From a virus (lineage: Duplodnaviria > Caudoviricetes), in the IMG/VR virus record IMGVR_UViG_3300044656_000252, positions 12,232 to 76,231 of that record: a stretch of 64,000 nt of DNA; one strand, written 5' to 3'. The notes beneath the pieces were generated by a model. The model did no database searches, was not told where the DNA came from, and worked only from the letters and a program-made list of their open reading frames with translations. Of the stretch, positions 46,349 through 55,160 are shown one piece after another. The translations under genes and the position numbers were made by a program. The number at the start of each line of letters is the position of its first letter. Positions within the stretch are counted from its first letter, which is position 1.

Positions 46349-46623
46349 CACGCGGTCCTCTCCTGCGTCTTCAGCTCCATGCCGGCCGCTGGCGAGAACG
46401 GGACCGCGCCGACTACGGGCCAGTGGGCGACCTGCTCCGGCTCCTCGTAGCCGACCGACCCCATCGCGTCGGTGATCCACCAGGCCGACCGGTGCGGCGG
46501 GGACGGCCAGCAGATCGCGAGCATGCGGCCGTCCGGCGACTTGCGCACTGTTCCCATCAGGTCGGTGCGGGCGTCGCCCTGCGGGCAACCGTTGCCGCCG
46601 AACTTCGGCTTGCGCGCGGTCAC
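46348..46623 (-). CDS. Small protein sharing the GAVP domain with the next gene
   Basis: GTVRKSPDG...WW...WPVVGAVPFSPAA. Confidence 0.6.
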   Translation of the reverse strand: MTARKPKFGGNGCPQGDARTDLMGTVRKSPDGRMLAICWPSPPHRSAWWITDAMGSVGYEEPEQVAHWPVVGAVPFSPAAGMELKTQERTA

Positions 46624-47039
46624 GACGCCACCGCCGTCTTCTCGCCGTCGGCGGTCATAGCGGCCAACAGGTCGGGGCCGCTGATGCGGAGGGCGTTCTT
46701 GGTGAGCGGCTGGCCGAGCTTGCGGCCGAGCTCGTAGGCGTGGGCACTGTTGACGCTGGCCTTGCACTGGACTGTCTCGCCGCCGAGGTCGACGTCGACC
46801 GTGGCCTCGCCGCCACCGCCGACGGACAGGCTGACGTTGATGAACACGTCGAACTCGGCGGCCCACGCGCACACGGCGCGCAACTCGGCGTAGGGGTCGC
46901 CGCCGATGAGCATGAAGTTCATCCAGTTCCTGCCGCTGGCTCCGATGGACAGCCAGGATGGCGCGGGCAGGTGGTCGTACTGGGCGAGGTCGCTGGCGAT
47001 GCGCGCGGCGGCTGCGGCGATCTGGCTGTTGCTGCTCAT
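46620..47039 (-). CDS. Hypothetical protein
   Basis: ORF track. Confidence 0.6.
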   Translation of the reverse strand: MSSNSQIAAAAARIASDLAQYDHLPAPSWLSIGASGRNWMNFMLIGGDPYAELRAVCAWAAEFDVFINVSLSVGGGGEATVDVDLGGETVQCKASVNSAHAYELGRKLGQPLTKNALRISGPDLLAAMTADGEKTAVAS

Positions 47040-47284
47040 CGGTTCTGCTCCTTGGCGGCGATGACGTTGAGTGCGAGCCGCGTGTGGCGCTCGCGGGATT
47101 CGTCGGCGATGCGCACCAGCTGCTCGGCGGTGCGGGGGTGTTCGGCGTGATTGCGGGCGGCGACGAGGTCGTGAGCAACGAGCTCGTCGAGGAGCGCGGT
47201 GTTCATCGCGCGGAGGTTGTCGTTCTCGCGGCGCAGCCGGTCCAGTTCGGACACGGTGACCGGCTCCGGCAGGACGGCGGTCAC
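47036..47284 (-). CDS. Small coiled-coil protein
   Basis: Overlap chain. Confidence 0.55.
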   Translation of the reverse strand: MTAVLPEPVTVSELDRLRRENDNLRAMNTALLDELVAHDLVAARNHAEHPRTAEQLVRIADESRERHTRLALNVIAAKEQNR

Positions 47285-47652
47285 TGGACCACCGCCATCA
47301 CGTGCCCAGCGAGGCCGATCGCTTTCCGGTCGACGTAGACCTGGAAGTCCTCGCGGCGTTCCTGGGTGGCGGCGATCTGGGCGACCTTGCGCAGCCAACC
47401 CGAGAGGAACGGGGCGATGGCCGGTGCCGCCAGCGCGATCCACGCGGCGTCGGCGCGGCCCTGCTCGCTGTCCTCGGTCTCGACGCTGAAGGAGCCTTCG
47501 AGGCAGTGGACGGTCCAGCCGAAGTCGCCGATTCCGCACATCTCCCAACGACCCTGGGTGGCCCGCGAACCGAGAGCCTCGATGACGGTGGCGGCGTTGT
47601 TGAGGAGTGCGACGGCCGCGTCCCGCTCGGCCGGCCACGCCTCGGCGGTCAT
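47281..47652 (-). CDS. Ead/Ea22-like protein
   Basis: RATQGRW...ADAAWIALAAP. Confidence 0.55.
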   Translation of the reverse strand: MTAEAWPAERDAAVALLNNAATVIEALGSRATQGRWEMCGIGDFGWTVHCLEGSFSVETEDSEQGRADAAWIALAAPAIAPFLSGWLRKVAQIAATQERREDFQVYVDRKAIGLAGHVMAVVQ

Positions 47653-48161
47653 CGCGCACCGCCAGAGGCGTCGGCGGTGTCCTTGGCCAGGTCCGCCATC
47701 CACCGCAGCGTCAGGCCGTTGAGGCCGCCGTCGTCGCGCTCCTGCTCGGAGTTGACGATGGTGCCCTCGGCGTCGCGCAGCTCGACGCGGAACGTGTTCG
47801 CGTAACCGCCGCGCTCCAGCAGGTGCAGGTGCAACGTCATGCTGCGCTCGCCGAACAGCTTGTGCCCGGCCTTCACGTCCGGGAACGGGTGCACCTCGAC
47901 GATGTGCGGCTGCTCCTTGCCGTCCACGTGCAGGGTCGCCTCGACCTCGAGCGGCATTTCCTTCCAGCGGCCCTGCCCGGCGTCCCACTGCTCGCGGTTC
48001 TGCTCGGCGTACGGGCGGTCGGATCCGGGGCACTCGACGGTCATCTGCCAGGAGCCGTAGCCGTTGGTGCGGTTGTGCCGCTTGATCCGGCCGTTCGTCT
48101 TGACGCCCTTGGACTGGGTGCAGCCGGTGCAGGTGCCGTAGTTGGGGTGCTCGGTGGTCAC
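47649..48161 (-). CDS. Hypothetical protein with Zn-finger-like N-terminus
   Basis: CTGC...RH...CPGS. Confidence 0.55.
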   Translation of the reverse strand: MTTEHPNYGTCTGCTQSKGVKTNGRIKRHNRTNGYGSWQMTVECPGSDRPYAEQNREQWDAGQGRWKEMPLEVEATLHVDGKEQPHIVEVHPFPDVKAGHKLFGERSMTLHLHLLERGGYANTFRVELRDAEGTIVNSEQERDDGGLNGLTLRWMADLAKDTADASGGAR

Positions 48162-48295
48162 CTCGACGCACCCCGCTTCCGGTTCGGCCGGACCAGCGTG
48201 AGCACGGCGGCGAACAGCGTGGCCAGGAACAGCAGCGAGGTGCCGCCCTGCTGGAAGCAGCCCTGCGGGCCGTAGTCCTTGCGGTAGCTGGGCAT
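48158..48295 (-). CDS. 45-aa membrane micro-protein (DYGP.GC family, copy 1)
   Basis: MPSYRKDYGPQGC...TM...LVRPNRKR; start and stop both overlap neighbours. Confidence 0.6.
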   Translation of the reverse strand: MPSYRKDYGPQGCFQQGGTSLLFLATLFAAVLTLVRPNRKRGASR

Positions 48296-48513
48296 CAGTG
48301 TCCTCCGGTGTTGCGGAGCTGCCGGGCAAGCCAGCGCTCAACGACTTTGGTGTCTTGGATTTCGCGGGCCGTCTCCATCAGCTGATGGATTGGCCCGGTC
48401 GACTGGTGCAGCTGTTGGCGTTCGAGGAGCTGTCGATGCTTGCGGAGCTGCTCCAGTTCGGTGGCGACGTCGAGCAGCAGGCGCGGTCTCGCAGGCTCCG
48501 CCGGCGTAGTCAC
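48295..48513 (-). CDS. Hypothetical protein
   Basis: ORF track. Confidence 0.55.
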   Translation of the reverse strand: MTTPAEPARPRLLLDVATELEQLRKHRQLLERQQLHQSTGPIHQLMETAREIQDTKVVERWLARQLRNTGGH

Positions 48514-48620
48514 GGCGCGCCGAGTTCGTCTTCGTCGAACTCGGCGTCGCAGCCGGAACAGCGGTACAAGGTCGTGTCGTCGACCTGTTCCAGTTCGCCG
48601 TAGCAGTCAGGGCAGGTCAT
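48510..48620 (-). CDS. 36-aa zinc-ribbon peptide
   Basis: CPDC...CSGC. Confidence 0.6.
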   Translation of the reverse strand: MTCPDCYGELEQVDDTTLYRCSGCDAEFDEDELGAP

Positions 48621-48934
48621 CGCGCACCTGCCTGGATGTCGCGGATCTCCTGCCGCAGCCCGAGCTTCGCGGCGTCGGCCTTCGTCAGGCACAGCACCGG
48701 CTCATGCGCCAGGGTGTGCACCCAGCCCTGCTTGCCGTCCGGCTCACGGGTGAACAACCTGCGGTACTGCTTCCCGGTCTGCTCCCCGGTCAGGTCCTGC
48801 CAAGCGGTGACGCGACCCCAGATCTCGGTCTCGTAGTCCCAGGTGCACACCCACCAGCCGACGTCGACACGGCTGATGGCGCGCTTCTCGGCGGCCTCTC
48901 GCATCTGCTCCAACGGGAGCGCTGGCGCGTTCAT
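48617..48934 (-). CDS. Hypothetical protein
   Basis: Overlap chain. Confidence 0.55.
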   Translation of the reverse strand: MNAPALPLEQMREAAEKRAISRVDVGWWVCTWDYETEIWGRVTAWQDLTGEQTGKQYRRLFTREPDGKQGWVHTLAHEPVLCLTKADAAKLGLRQEIRDIQAGAR

Positions 48935-49025
48935 CGCTGGCCTCCGAGCGTTGCGCAGACGGGGCAGTCGGTGAGGTTGTGCTCGCACTCCTCGGGGGCG
49001 GCGGGACCCCAGTCGTCACGGGTGT

Positions 49026-49574
49026 TCACCGCGTCACCTCCGCGAAGGCCCGTGCGTTGTCGTCGGGGTCCAAGCAGTCGCCGAGGACATGAGGCGTGAA
49101 CTCCTCGCCGGGCACCGGGATGTCGGCCTCGGCCAACGCGTCCCGGACCGCAGAGCACGGCCAGCGCGCGGCGTCGTCTCGGTGGCACCACACGCGCCCG
49201 GTTTCGTCGACCGCGATCCGGCTGCAATCCACGCAGACACCGCCGAACCCGGCCGACCACTCGTGCTCGTCGAACACCTTCCGAAGCTGTGCCATGGCCG
49301 ACTCGTCGCAGTCCGGCTGCCACACCACCGGCGGGACCGTCAGCAGCGGCGCCGTCACGGTGACGATGTCGCGGTGTGCGGCTCGGACGGTCGATGGTGA
49401 GCGGTCCTGCCCGTAGGTGATCTGGCCGTGCGAAACGGTGACCGGGTGCTGTGCGGTGACGCGGTCGAGCTGGTTGTCGGCCATCCAGTCGGTGACGGCG
49501 GTGAGGTCGTCGTCGGTCAGCCAGTGACCGGCGTAGGCGTTCAGCCGCCACGTGATGGCGTTGAGGTCAGTCAT
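49026..49574 (-). CDS. Hypothetical protein with Cys/His C-terminus
   Basis: H...CVDC...WPC motif. Confidence 0.55.
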   Translation of the reverse strand: MTDLNAITWRLNAYAGHWLTDDDLTAVTDWMADNQLDRVTAQHPVTVSHGQITYGQDRSPSTVRAAHRDIVTVTAPLLTVPPVVWQPDCDESAMAQLRKVFDEHEWSAGFGGVCVDCSRIAVDETGRVWCHRDDAARWPCSAVRDALAEADIPVPGEEFTPHVLGDCLDPDDNARAFAEVTR

Positions 49575-49722
49575 CGTCGCCTGCCGAGTTCTGCTGGATC
49601 TGGCGGATGAAGTCGGGGAGAGCGGCCCGGATGTGGCTGCTGGCCACGTCGATCTGGTAGCCATTGCGGCCGATCAGGTCGGCGATGTCGTAGGCGAGCA
49701 TGTCCAGGTCGATGTCGGCCAT
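49567..49722 (-). CDS. 51-aa hypothetical protein
   Basis: MADIDLDMLAYDIADLIG...; not in the ORF track. Confidence 0.5.
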   Translation of the reverse strand: MADIDLDMLAYDIADLIGRNGYQIDVASSHIRAALPDFIRQIQQNSAGDDD

Positions 49723-49865
49723 CACGCACGCTCCTCGTCCTGCTCGCGCTCGCGGTTGGCCGCGTCGACGGCGTCCGCGAGGTCCTCGAACGAGGTCTCG
49801 CCGGTGCCGATGCCGGAGAACACGCGGGCAACCCGTACGCCGGCGGTCCAGTCGGGGAGGCTCAT
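49722..49865 (-). CDS. 47-aa hypothetical protein
   Basis: Overlap chain. Confidence 0.45.
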   Translation of the reverse strand: MSLPDWTAGVRVARVFSGIGTGETSFEDLADAVDAANREREQDEERA

Positions 49866-50200
49866 CGGGCCACCGCCTGCCGGCGCTCGGTGATGACGCG
49901 CTTCCACTCGGCGGTCAGGTCCTCGTAGGTGAGGGGATCGCCTTCGAACAGGTCGAATCCGTACTGCTCCGGGTAGTCGTCCTCGTCGAAGACATCTGTG
50001 GCGCGGCTGTAGTCGCCGTACAACTGCCCGAGGACGCACCTGTCGCAGGAGGCCAGGAGCAGCAAGGTGAGGTCCACCTCGGCGTCCCAGCCGGGCCGCT
50101 TCTGGTCGAGGAGGGCGACGCCAGCCGCAACGCGCTCGGCGGCCGACGCAAGGTCGACGGCGCTGGCCGTGTAGGGCGGGGTGTGGGGCTTGGGGTCCAT
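49862..50200 (-). CDS. Hypothetical protein
   Basis: GVALLD...PGW...CVLGQLYG.Y; first gene after the duplicated promoter. Confidence 0.65.
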   Translation of the reverse strand: MDPKPHTPPYTASAVDLASAAERVAAGVALLDQKRPGWDAEVDLTLLLLASCDRCVLGQLYGDYSRATDVFDEDDYPEQYGFDLFEGDPLTYEDLTAEWKRVITERRQAVAR

Positions 50201-50242
50201 CTGTGCTCCCGGTGTTGGGGTGCTGAGCTGTTCGCGACTGCC

Positions 50243-50274
50243 ACACTACTGCCACAAGCCGCCACAAACAAGCA
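50243..50274 (-). promoter_or_regulatory. Promoter/operator, copy 2
   Basis: - strand TTGTTT-17bp-TAGTGT; 24-bp identity with 58180-58203. Confidence 0.7.
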
Positions 50275-50433
50275 ATCGAGCGGAGATCTTTCCGATGGTT
50301 CACACCCCGACCACACCACGAGCCAGTGCGACCGTGGGCAAAATGCTGGCCAATCCGCCGCCCCAGACCGCCGTCAGCGCGTCAACACCCGCGCCCGCGA
50401 TAGATCAGACCGGCTACGCCGCCAGCGCGCCTC

Positions 50434-51090
50434 TCATCCCGCCGGACGCAGAGCCCGGCGCCGGTCCTCACCCTTCAGCGCCACCTGGCGGGACATTTCC
50501 CTCAACCGCGACGCCACCCGCTCGCCGAGCCCGTTGCGGAGCTCCGCGCCGCCGAGGTTGCTGGTGACGATCGTGGCCAGGTGGTGTTCGTACCGGTGGT
50601 TGATCACCCGGAACGTGATCTCCTCCGTCCACTCCGACGTCTTGGCCGCGCCGAGGTCGTCGAGCAGCAACAGCGGGATCTTCTGGTAGCGGGCCATGGC
50701 TGCCTCGGGGTTGCCACGCTCCTTCGGCCGCAGTTCGGCGTAGAGGTCGGCGGCGGTGATGGCGGCCCAGCTGACGGCGACGCCGCTGTGGGCGATCTGC
50801 CGGATCGCCCCGAACGACTCGTGTGTCTTGCCCGTGCCAACCGGCCCGAGCAGGAGCAGCGAGGGTCCTGTCGCGACGATCGGGTTGAACGCCCGTGCCG
50901 ACTTGGCCGCGCTGTGGCACAGCTCGACGGCCCAGGCGCGCACGCCGGGGTCGGTGACGGTGGCCTCGCGGTAGTGGACCGGCACGTCGGCGAGGGCCGC
51001 GTCGGCGTTGGCCTGGTTGGTCTCGACCCAGTGCGGGTCCAGGCCCGGGTAGGCGTCGATCAGGTCGAGCAGCGCGAGTTCGTGCATCAC
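50434..51090 (-). CDS. DnaC/IstB-like helicase loader ATPase
   Basis: GPVGTGKT, LLLLDDLGA, INHRYE..TIVTSN, RVASRL. Confidence 0.92.
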   Translation of the reverse strand: MMHELALLDLIDAYPGLDPHWVETNQANADAALADVPVHYREATVTDPGVRAWAVELCHSAAKSARAFNPIVATGPSLLLLGPVGTGKTHESFGAIRQIAHSGVAVSWAAITAADLYAELRPKERGNPEAAMARYQKIPLLLLDDLGAAKTSEWTEEITFRVINHRYEHHLATIVTSNLGGAELRNGLGERVASRLREMSRQVALKGEDRRRALRPAG

Positions 51091-52034
51091 AGGTCCTCGT
51101 CGTAGATGGAGTGATCGGTCGGGCTCCGGAAGGGCTGATAGCCGCCGGCGGCGGCGCGCAGCTGGGGCCGCTGGGGCTCGTCGTCCCAGCAGCCCTTGTT
51201 GAGCCAGGTGGCCGGGTGCTTGGTGTAGGTCGGGTCCTGGCCGGCCCGCTCAGCGGCGTAGCGACGCACGCCGGCGATGAGCTCGTCCGCGGTGGCCCCG
51301 TCCTTGATGGCCTTGTCCCAGGCGCGGCGGGCGTCCTTCTTCCCGACCTTCTTGGGATAGACCCTCCAGAACTCGTCGAACTGGGCGGTCGTGATCGCCA
51401 CCGGCGGCGGGGGAGAGAGATCTATTGGCAGTTCAATTGGCAGTTCACTGGCAGTTGTAGCCGGGGTGACCTGCGGTTGTAACGGTTGTGGGGCCGTGAC
51501 AAACGGCGTGCCGCGCCGTGACTCACGCACTGCCGCGCCGTGACTCACGGCCTGCGACGCCGTGACCGTCACGTCCTCGCGCGCCGTGACTGTCACGCTC
51601 TCCGAGACCGTGACATCACGGTCTGGCGCACCGTGACCGGCGGCCTCCTGAGCCCTCCGCTCGCGGTGCCGCCGCTGCCGCTCGCGGTCGGCCAGGCGCC
51701 GCCGCTCCCGGTGCTGGTCGACCACCGACGGCCCGGTGTTGACGACCTCGAGGTGCAGCCGCCACACCACGGTGCCGCCGGTGAGGCAGGCCGTCTTCGA
51801 GATCAGGCCGGCTGCCTGGATCCGGTCGAGCGCCTCGGACACGTACTTCGGCGTGAGGTAGCAGTCGTCGGCGAGTAGGTCGAGCCCGGGGCGGGCCTCG
51901 CTGCCGTCCTTCTTGGCGTAGGTGGCCAGCACGAGCAGCACGTGATGTGCAGTGGTGTCGACGCGCCCGTCGGCGCGCAGCATCGGCGGCACGTTCTTGG
52001 CCCAGTTGATCGGACTGAACGCTGTCGGTCGCAT
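51087..52034 (-). CDS. Phage replication initiator
   Basis: N-terminal wHTH; FDEFWRVYPKKVGK..A..AW; KHPATWLN..CWDDE; adjacent to the DnaC-like gene. Confidence 0.85.
   Translation of the reverse strand: MRPTAFSPINWAKNVPPMLRADGRVDTTAHHVLLVLATYAKKDGSEARPGLDLLADDCYLTPKYVSEALDRIQAAGLISKTACLTGGTVVWRLHLEVVNTGPSVVDQHRERRRLADRERQRRHRERRAQEAAGHGAPDRDVTVSESVTVTAREDVTVTASQAVSHGAAVRESRRGTPFVTAPQPLQPQVTPATTASELPIELPIDLSPPPPVAITTAQFDEFWRVYPKKVGKKDARRAWDKAIKDGATADELIAGVRRYAAERAGQDPTYTKHPATWLNKGCWDDEPQRPQLRAAAGGYQPFRSPTDHSIYDEDL
51495..51637. repeat. Iteron-like CCGTGAC repeats, putative origin
   Basis: Seven CCGTGAC copies (about 51495, 51516, 51538, 51560, 51584, 51608, 51631), five closed by TCACG. Confidence 0.75.
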
Positions 52035-52073
52035 CGTGATCGTGCCTCCGAGGGGTTCGTGGGGAGGCGGTCG

Positions 52074-52547
52074 TCAGGCCGCTGTGGACGGTGGGACGGG
52101 CAGTTCGAACGGGTCGCCCGACGCAGGTTCGGGGAACGGCGCGAACGCGACGTCCCCCTGGTCGTCGAGGAGCACCCATTCGTGGCCGGTGGTGGCGTTG
52201 TGCAGGAGCACCGGAACTTCGGCTGGCTCCTGCTCGCGCGGGACGATCCAGCCGTGGGCCTCGTACTCGGCGCGCTGGCCCTGCGTGTCGGTGAGTGCGC
52301 CGTGGCATCCTGTTGTCCCGGATCCGCAGAGGTCGATCAGGTTGGCCGCGTCTCCGTGTCCGCCTTGGGATCGGTTCTTCCGGTGGTGCATGTTGGCCGC
52401 GCGGCCGAGGCAGATGTCGGGGAGGCGGACTTCGCACCAGCCGCCGGAGCGGGCGCGGACGAGGTCGCGCGCGTTGCGCTCGGCGGTGGTAACGGTCGGC
52501 CGGTACGGCTTCATCGCGGTGCGTTGGATCGGGCCGGAGCGCTTCAT
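52074..52547 (-). CDS. HNH endonuclease
   Basis: CEV...C....HHRKNRSQGG....NL..LC....GCH. Confidence 0.85.
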   Translation of the reverse strand: MKRSGPIQRTAMKPYRPTVTTAERNARDLVRARSGGWCEVRLPDICLGRAANMHHRKNRSQGGHGDAANLIDLCGSGTTGCHGALTDTQGQRAEYEAHGWIVPREQEPAEVPVLLHNATTGHEWVLLDDQGDVAFAPFPEPASGDPFELPVPPSTAA

Positions 52548-53359
52548 GCCGCACCGCCGAACAGATCGGGCTGCGGCATTCGGTTGCTCCACAGCCACTC
52601 CGTACGTTCCTGCCGGGTGCCCCCCTGCCCTGTGGTCGTGTCGATGCTTGTGGACCACCAGCCCCCGTAAAGCTCGCCGTACAGCGGCGAGGCGTAGCCA
52701 GAGAGGACAACCGCAGCCCGGCATCTCTTGAGCACGGCTGCCAGTTCCCGATGCTCAGCCTCGCTGCGCATCTCGTGCCGGTAGCCACCCGAAACCCGCG
52801 TGCTACCGAGGTACGGCGGGTCAACGTACAGCAGCACGTTCGGCGAACGTCCGTACCGCTCGATCAGGTCGAGTGCTGGCTGGCACTCGAGCGAAACCCC
52901 GGCCAACCGCGCCACCCCAGGACCCATGCGGGCCACATAGGCCTCGAGGTAGCCGGGCATCGAGGTGACCGATCCCGCCGGGTCGACGTAGTGCCGCCAG
53001 CCGGTCGGGCGCATCTGTCCACTGCGGCCCTGTGTCAGCAGCACCCACACGCGCCGGGCGCGCTCGAGCTCGTCCGGCGCATCGTCAAGCGCGTAGGCCT
53101 CGAGGTGTTCGACCCGAGCGTGCGGTGTCAGTGCGCACGCACGGATCAGTTCGTCGGGGTGGTCGCGGAGCATCCGCCAGAACAGGACTAGGTCGCCGTC
53201 GAGGTCGTTGACGGTCTCCATCCGGGAGCGCGGCTTAGCCAGCAGCACCGCGAGGGACCCTGCGAACGGCTCGACGTAGTGCTCGTGCGCGGGTAGCAGG
53301 TTGACGATCCGGTCGGCGAGCATCGTCTTTCCGCCGAAGTAGGCGAACGGGGGCTTCAT
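52544..53359 (-). CDS. DNA adenine methyltransferase (Dam/D12 class)
   Basis: YFGGK, YVEPFAGS, VNDLD, YVDPPY. Confidence 0.93.
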   Translation of the reverse strand: MKPPFAYFGGKTMLADRIVNLLPAHEHYVEPFAGSLAVLLAKPRSRMETVNDLDGDLVLFWRMLRDHPDELIRACALTPHARVEHLEAYALDDAPDELERARRVWVLLTQGRSGQMRPTGWRHYVDPAGSVTSMPGYLEAYVARMGPGVARLAGVSLECQPALDLIERYGRSPNVLLYVDPPYLGSTRVSGGYRHEMRSEAEHRELAAVLKRCRAAVVLSGYASPLYGELYGGWWSTSIDTTTGQGGTRQERTEWLWSNRMPQPDLFGGAA

Positions 53360-53553
53360 GCTGCGTGCCTCCCTCGAACCAAGACGAGTTCGGTGAGCAA
53401 TTCGGGGTGGTCGGCGTAGCCCTGGTGTGCGGGCACGGCGGCCAGCCGGTGCCGGCCGGTGTTGGGGTCGGGCGGGAGGATGCCGAACAAGTGCCACAGC
53501 AGTTGCACGACAGCCGAGCTGAACGCTTGCAGGGCTTCGAGGATCGCGGTCAC
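53356..53553 (-). CDS. Hypothetical protein
   Basis: ORF track. Confidence 0.5.
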   Translation of the reverse strand: MTAILEALQAFSSAVVQLLWHLFGILPPDPNTGRHRLAAVPAHQGYADHPELLTELVLVRGRHAA

Positions 53554-53897
53554 GCCGCCTCCCCGGTGCGTGCGGCGGCGATGCTGCCGGCGGTGTCGGC
53601 GTCGTAGCCGTCGTTACGCAACTGCCGGTACGCCTGGGGGTTCCGCAGCCAGCGGAGGAGTTGCTGCGGGCTGCGGTCGTCCGGGACGAGGCCAGCGAGG
53701 AGCACGATGAGCGCGCGGAGCGTGGCGACTTCGGATCGGTCGGTCGGCTTGGTGTTGAGGCGGGCGTTGTGGGCGTCGGTCCGGGCTGTGGCGACCTCGT
53801 CGGCGTCTTCGGTGCGTACGGCCCAGATGAGGTTGACGGCGGCCGGGAGCATGGCATCCAGCTCGGGTTCACCGATGACAGGCGCGGGCGTGGTCAT
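53550..53897 (-). CDS. Hypothetical protein
   Basis: Overlap chain. Confidence 0.55.
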   Translation of the reverse strand: MTTPAPVIGEPELDAMLPAAVNLIWAVRTEDADEVATARTDAHNARLNTKPTDRSEVATLRALIVLLAGLVPDDRSPQQLLRWLRNPQAYRQLRNDGYDADTAGSIAAARTGEAA

Positions 53898-54160
53898 GCG
53901 GCACGCTCCGGGTACTCGTCGTACGTCAGGCCGCCCAGCAGACGGCCGGCGGCCTTCTTGCCGACGCGGTGCATCTCGGTCGGATGCGACGCGTTCGCAC
54001 GGCGTTGTGCCGGCGGTGTGGCTTGGACGCGCGGGCAGGTGGGGCACTCGGGGCAGCACGGGCCACAGTCGAGCTCGTCGCAGCAGGCCCCGGCCGGGCC
54101 GGCGTGGTGCAGGTCGCAGCAGTGGGTGACGATCCCCGTCGGGACCAGCGCGCCGGTCAT
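53894..54160 (-). CDS. Cys-rich small protein with DUF5131-like C-terminal motif
   Basis: HCCDLHH...CCDELDCGPCCPECPTC; RVGKKAAGRLL.G.TYDEYP. Confidence 0.6.
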   Translation of the reverse strand: MTGALVPTGIVTHCCDLHHAGPAGACCDELDCGPCCPECPTCPRVQATPPAQRRANASHPTEMHRVGKKAAGRLLGGLTYDEYPERAA

Positions 54161-54513
54161 CGCACACCGCCGCGCTGCTTCGGCAGTCGCAGGCCATCCA
54201 TGAGCGCCGCCACCGCCTGGTCCAGAGGCTTGTCCTCGTCGCCGTACCAGGCGTCGTTGAGGTCGGCCCACTTCTCGCGAGCGAACCGGTCAACGTCAGC
54301 GAGCGTGCATACCTCGGTCAGGTGAGGCAACTTGATGTCCTCAAACGGCGACGGGCAGGAGCAGCCGGAGTCGTGGGCCACGAAGTACTTCACCGGACCC
54401 CATGCGTCCCAGCGGAACACGACCACGGTGTTGAAGCCGTATCCGCCTACCGTGTCGTGGCTCTTGACGATGGAGAGGCCGAAGTCCTCGGGGTTGCTGT
54501 AGATGTTGCTCAC
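54157..54513 (-). CDS. Hypothetical protein
   Basis: HDSGCSCPSPFE. Confidence 0.6.
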   Translation of the reverse strand: MSNIYSNPEDFGLSIVKSHDTVGGYGFNTVVVFRWDAWGPVKYFVAHDSGCSCPSPFEDIKLPHLTEVCTLADVDRFAREKWADLNDAWYGDEDKPLDQAVAALMDGLRLPKQRGGVR

Positions 54514-55160
54514 CGCACACCGCCCTGCGGCTGGCGGCGCTGCATCGTCTTGGTGCCCTGGGGGTTGACGGACTTGAGGTACGACTCCAACTCGCCCTCG
54601 TCGGCGTCCTCGATGACGCCGCCCTCGGACCAGTTCGTGTAGTCCGCGCGGAGCTCGTCGAAGGTCCAGCCCTTGTCGGCGGCGAACTTCTTCGCCTGCT
54701 CGCGCAGCCGGGCCAGCTTCGCCGACACGCGCGGTCCAGCGTGCGGGTCACGCTCGCCGGTCGGGATGGCCAGCACCTGCAACAGGGCAGTCCGGAACGC
54801 GACCGACATGGCCTTGCTCGACGCCTTGTCCTCGGTGTCGTTGGCCTCGCCCGGCACAACGGTCGTGATGGAGTCGCCGGCCGGCCCATAGAACGTGTAG
54901 GCCACGGTGAGGGTGACGCCGCGCTTCCGCTTGCCGTCCTTGGCGGTCAGGTCGTCCGACTGGATCTCGCGCAGCTCGGGGATCGGGACGATGCCGTGGT
55001 CGCGGAGCGCCGGCCCGACGTGCTCCAGGACGGTGTCGATACCTCGGAAGTTGAACTTGTGGAAGTCGTTGAAGTCCTTCTTCGCGATGGATCGGACGTC
55101 GGCCATGACCGCGGCCAGGGCCTGGATGATGGTCGGCAGCTTCTCGTTCTGCTCGCTCAC
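54510..55160 (-). CDS. erf: ERF-family single-strand annealing protein
   Basis: FNFRGID..L..V..AL..HGI; GEANDTEDKA..KAMS.A.R. Confidence 0.85.
   Translation of the reverse strand: MSEQNEKLPTIIQALAAVMADVRSIAKKDFNDFHKFNFRGIDTVLEHVGPALRDHGIVPIPELREIQSDDLTAKDGKRKRGVTLTVAYTFYGPAGDSITTVVPGEANDTEDKASSKAMSVAFRTALLQVLAIPTGERDPHAGPRVSAKLARLREQAKKFAADKGWTFDELRADYTNWSEGGVIEDADEGELESYLKSVNPQGTKTMQRRQPQGGVR

Noticed and set aside
52544-53359. Restriction-modification system from Dam-like methylase plus adjacent HNH
   Set aside because: The HNH is a typical small phage early-region type; orphan methylases are common in temperate phages
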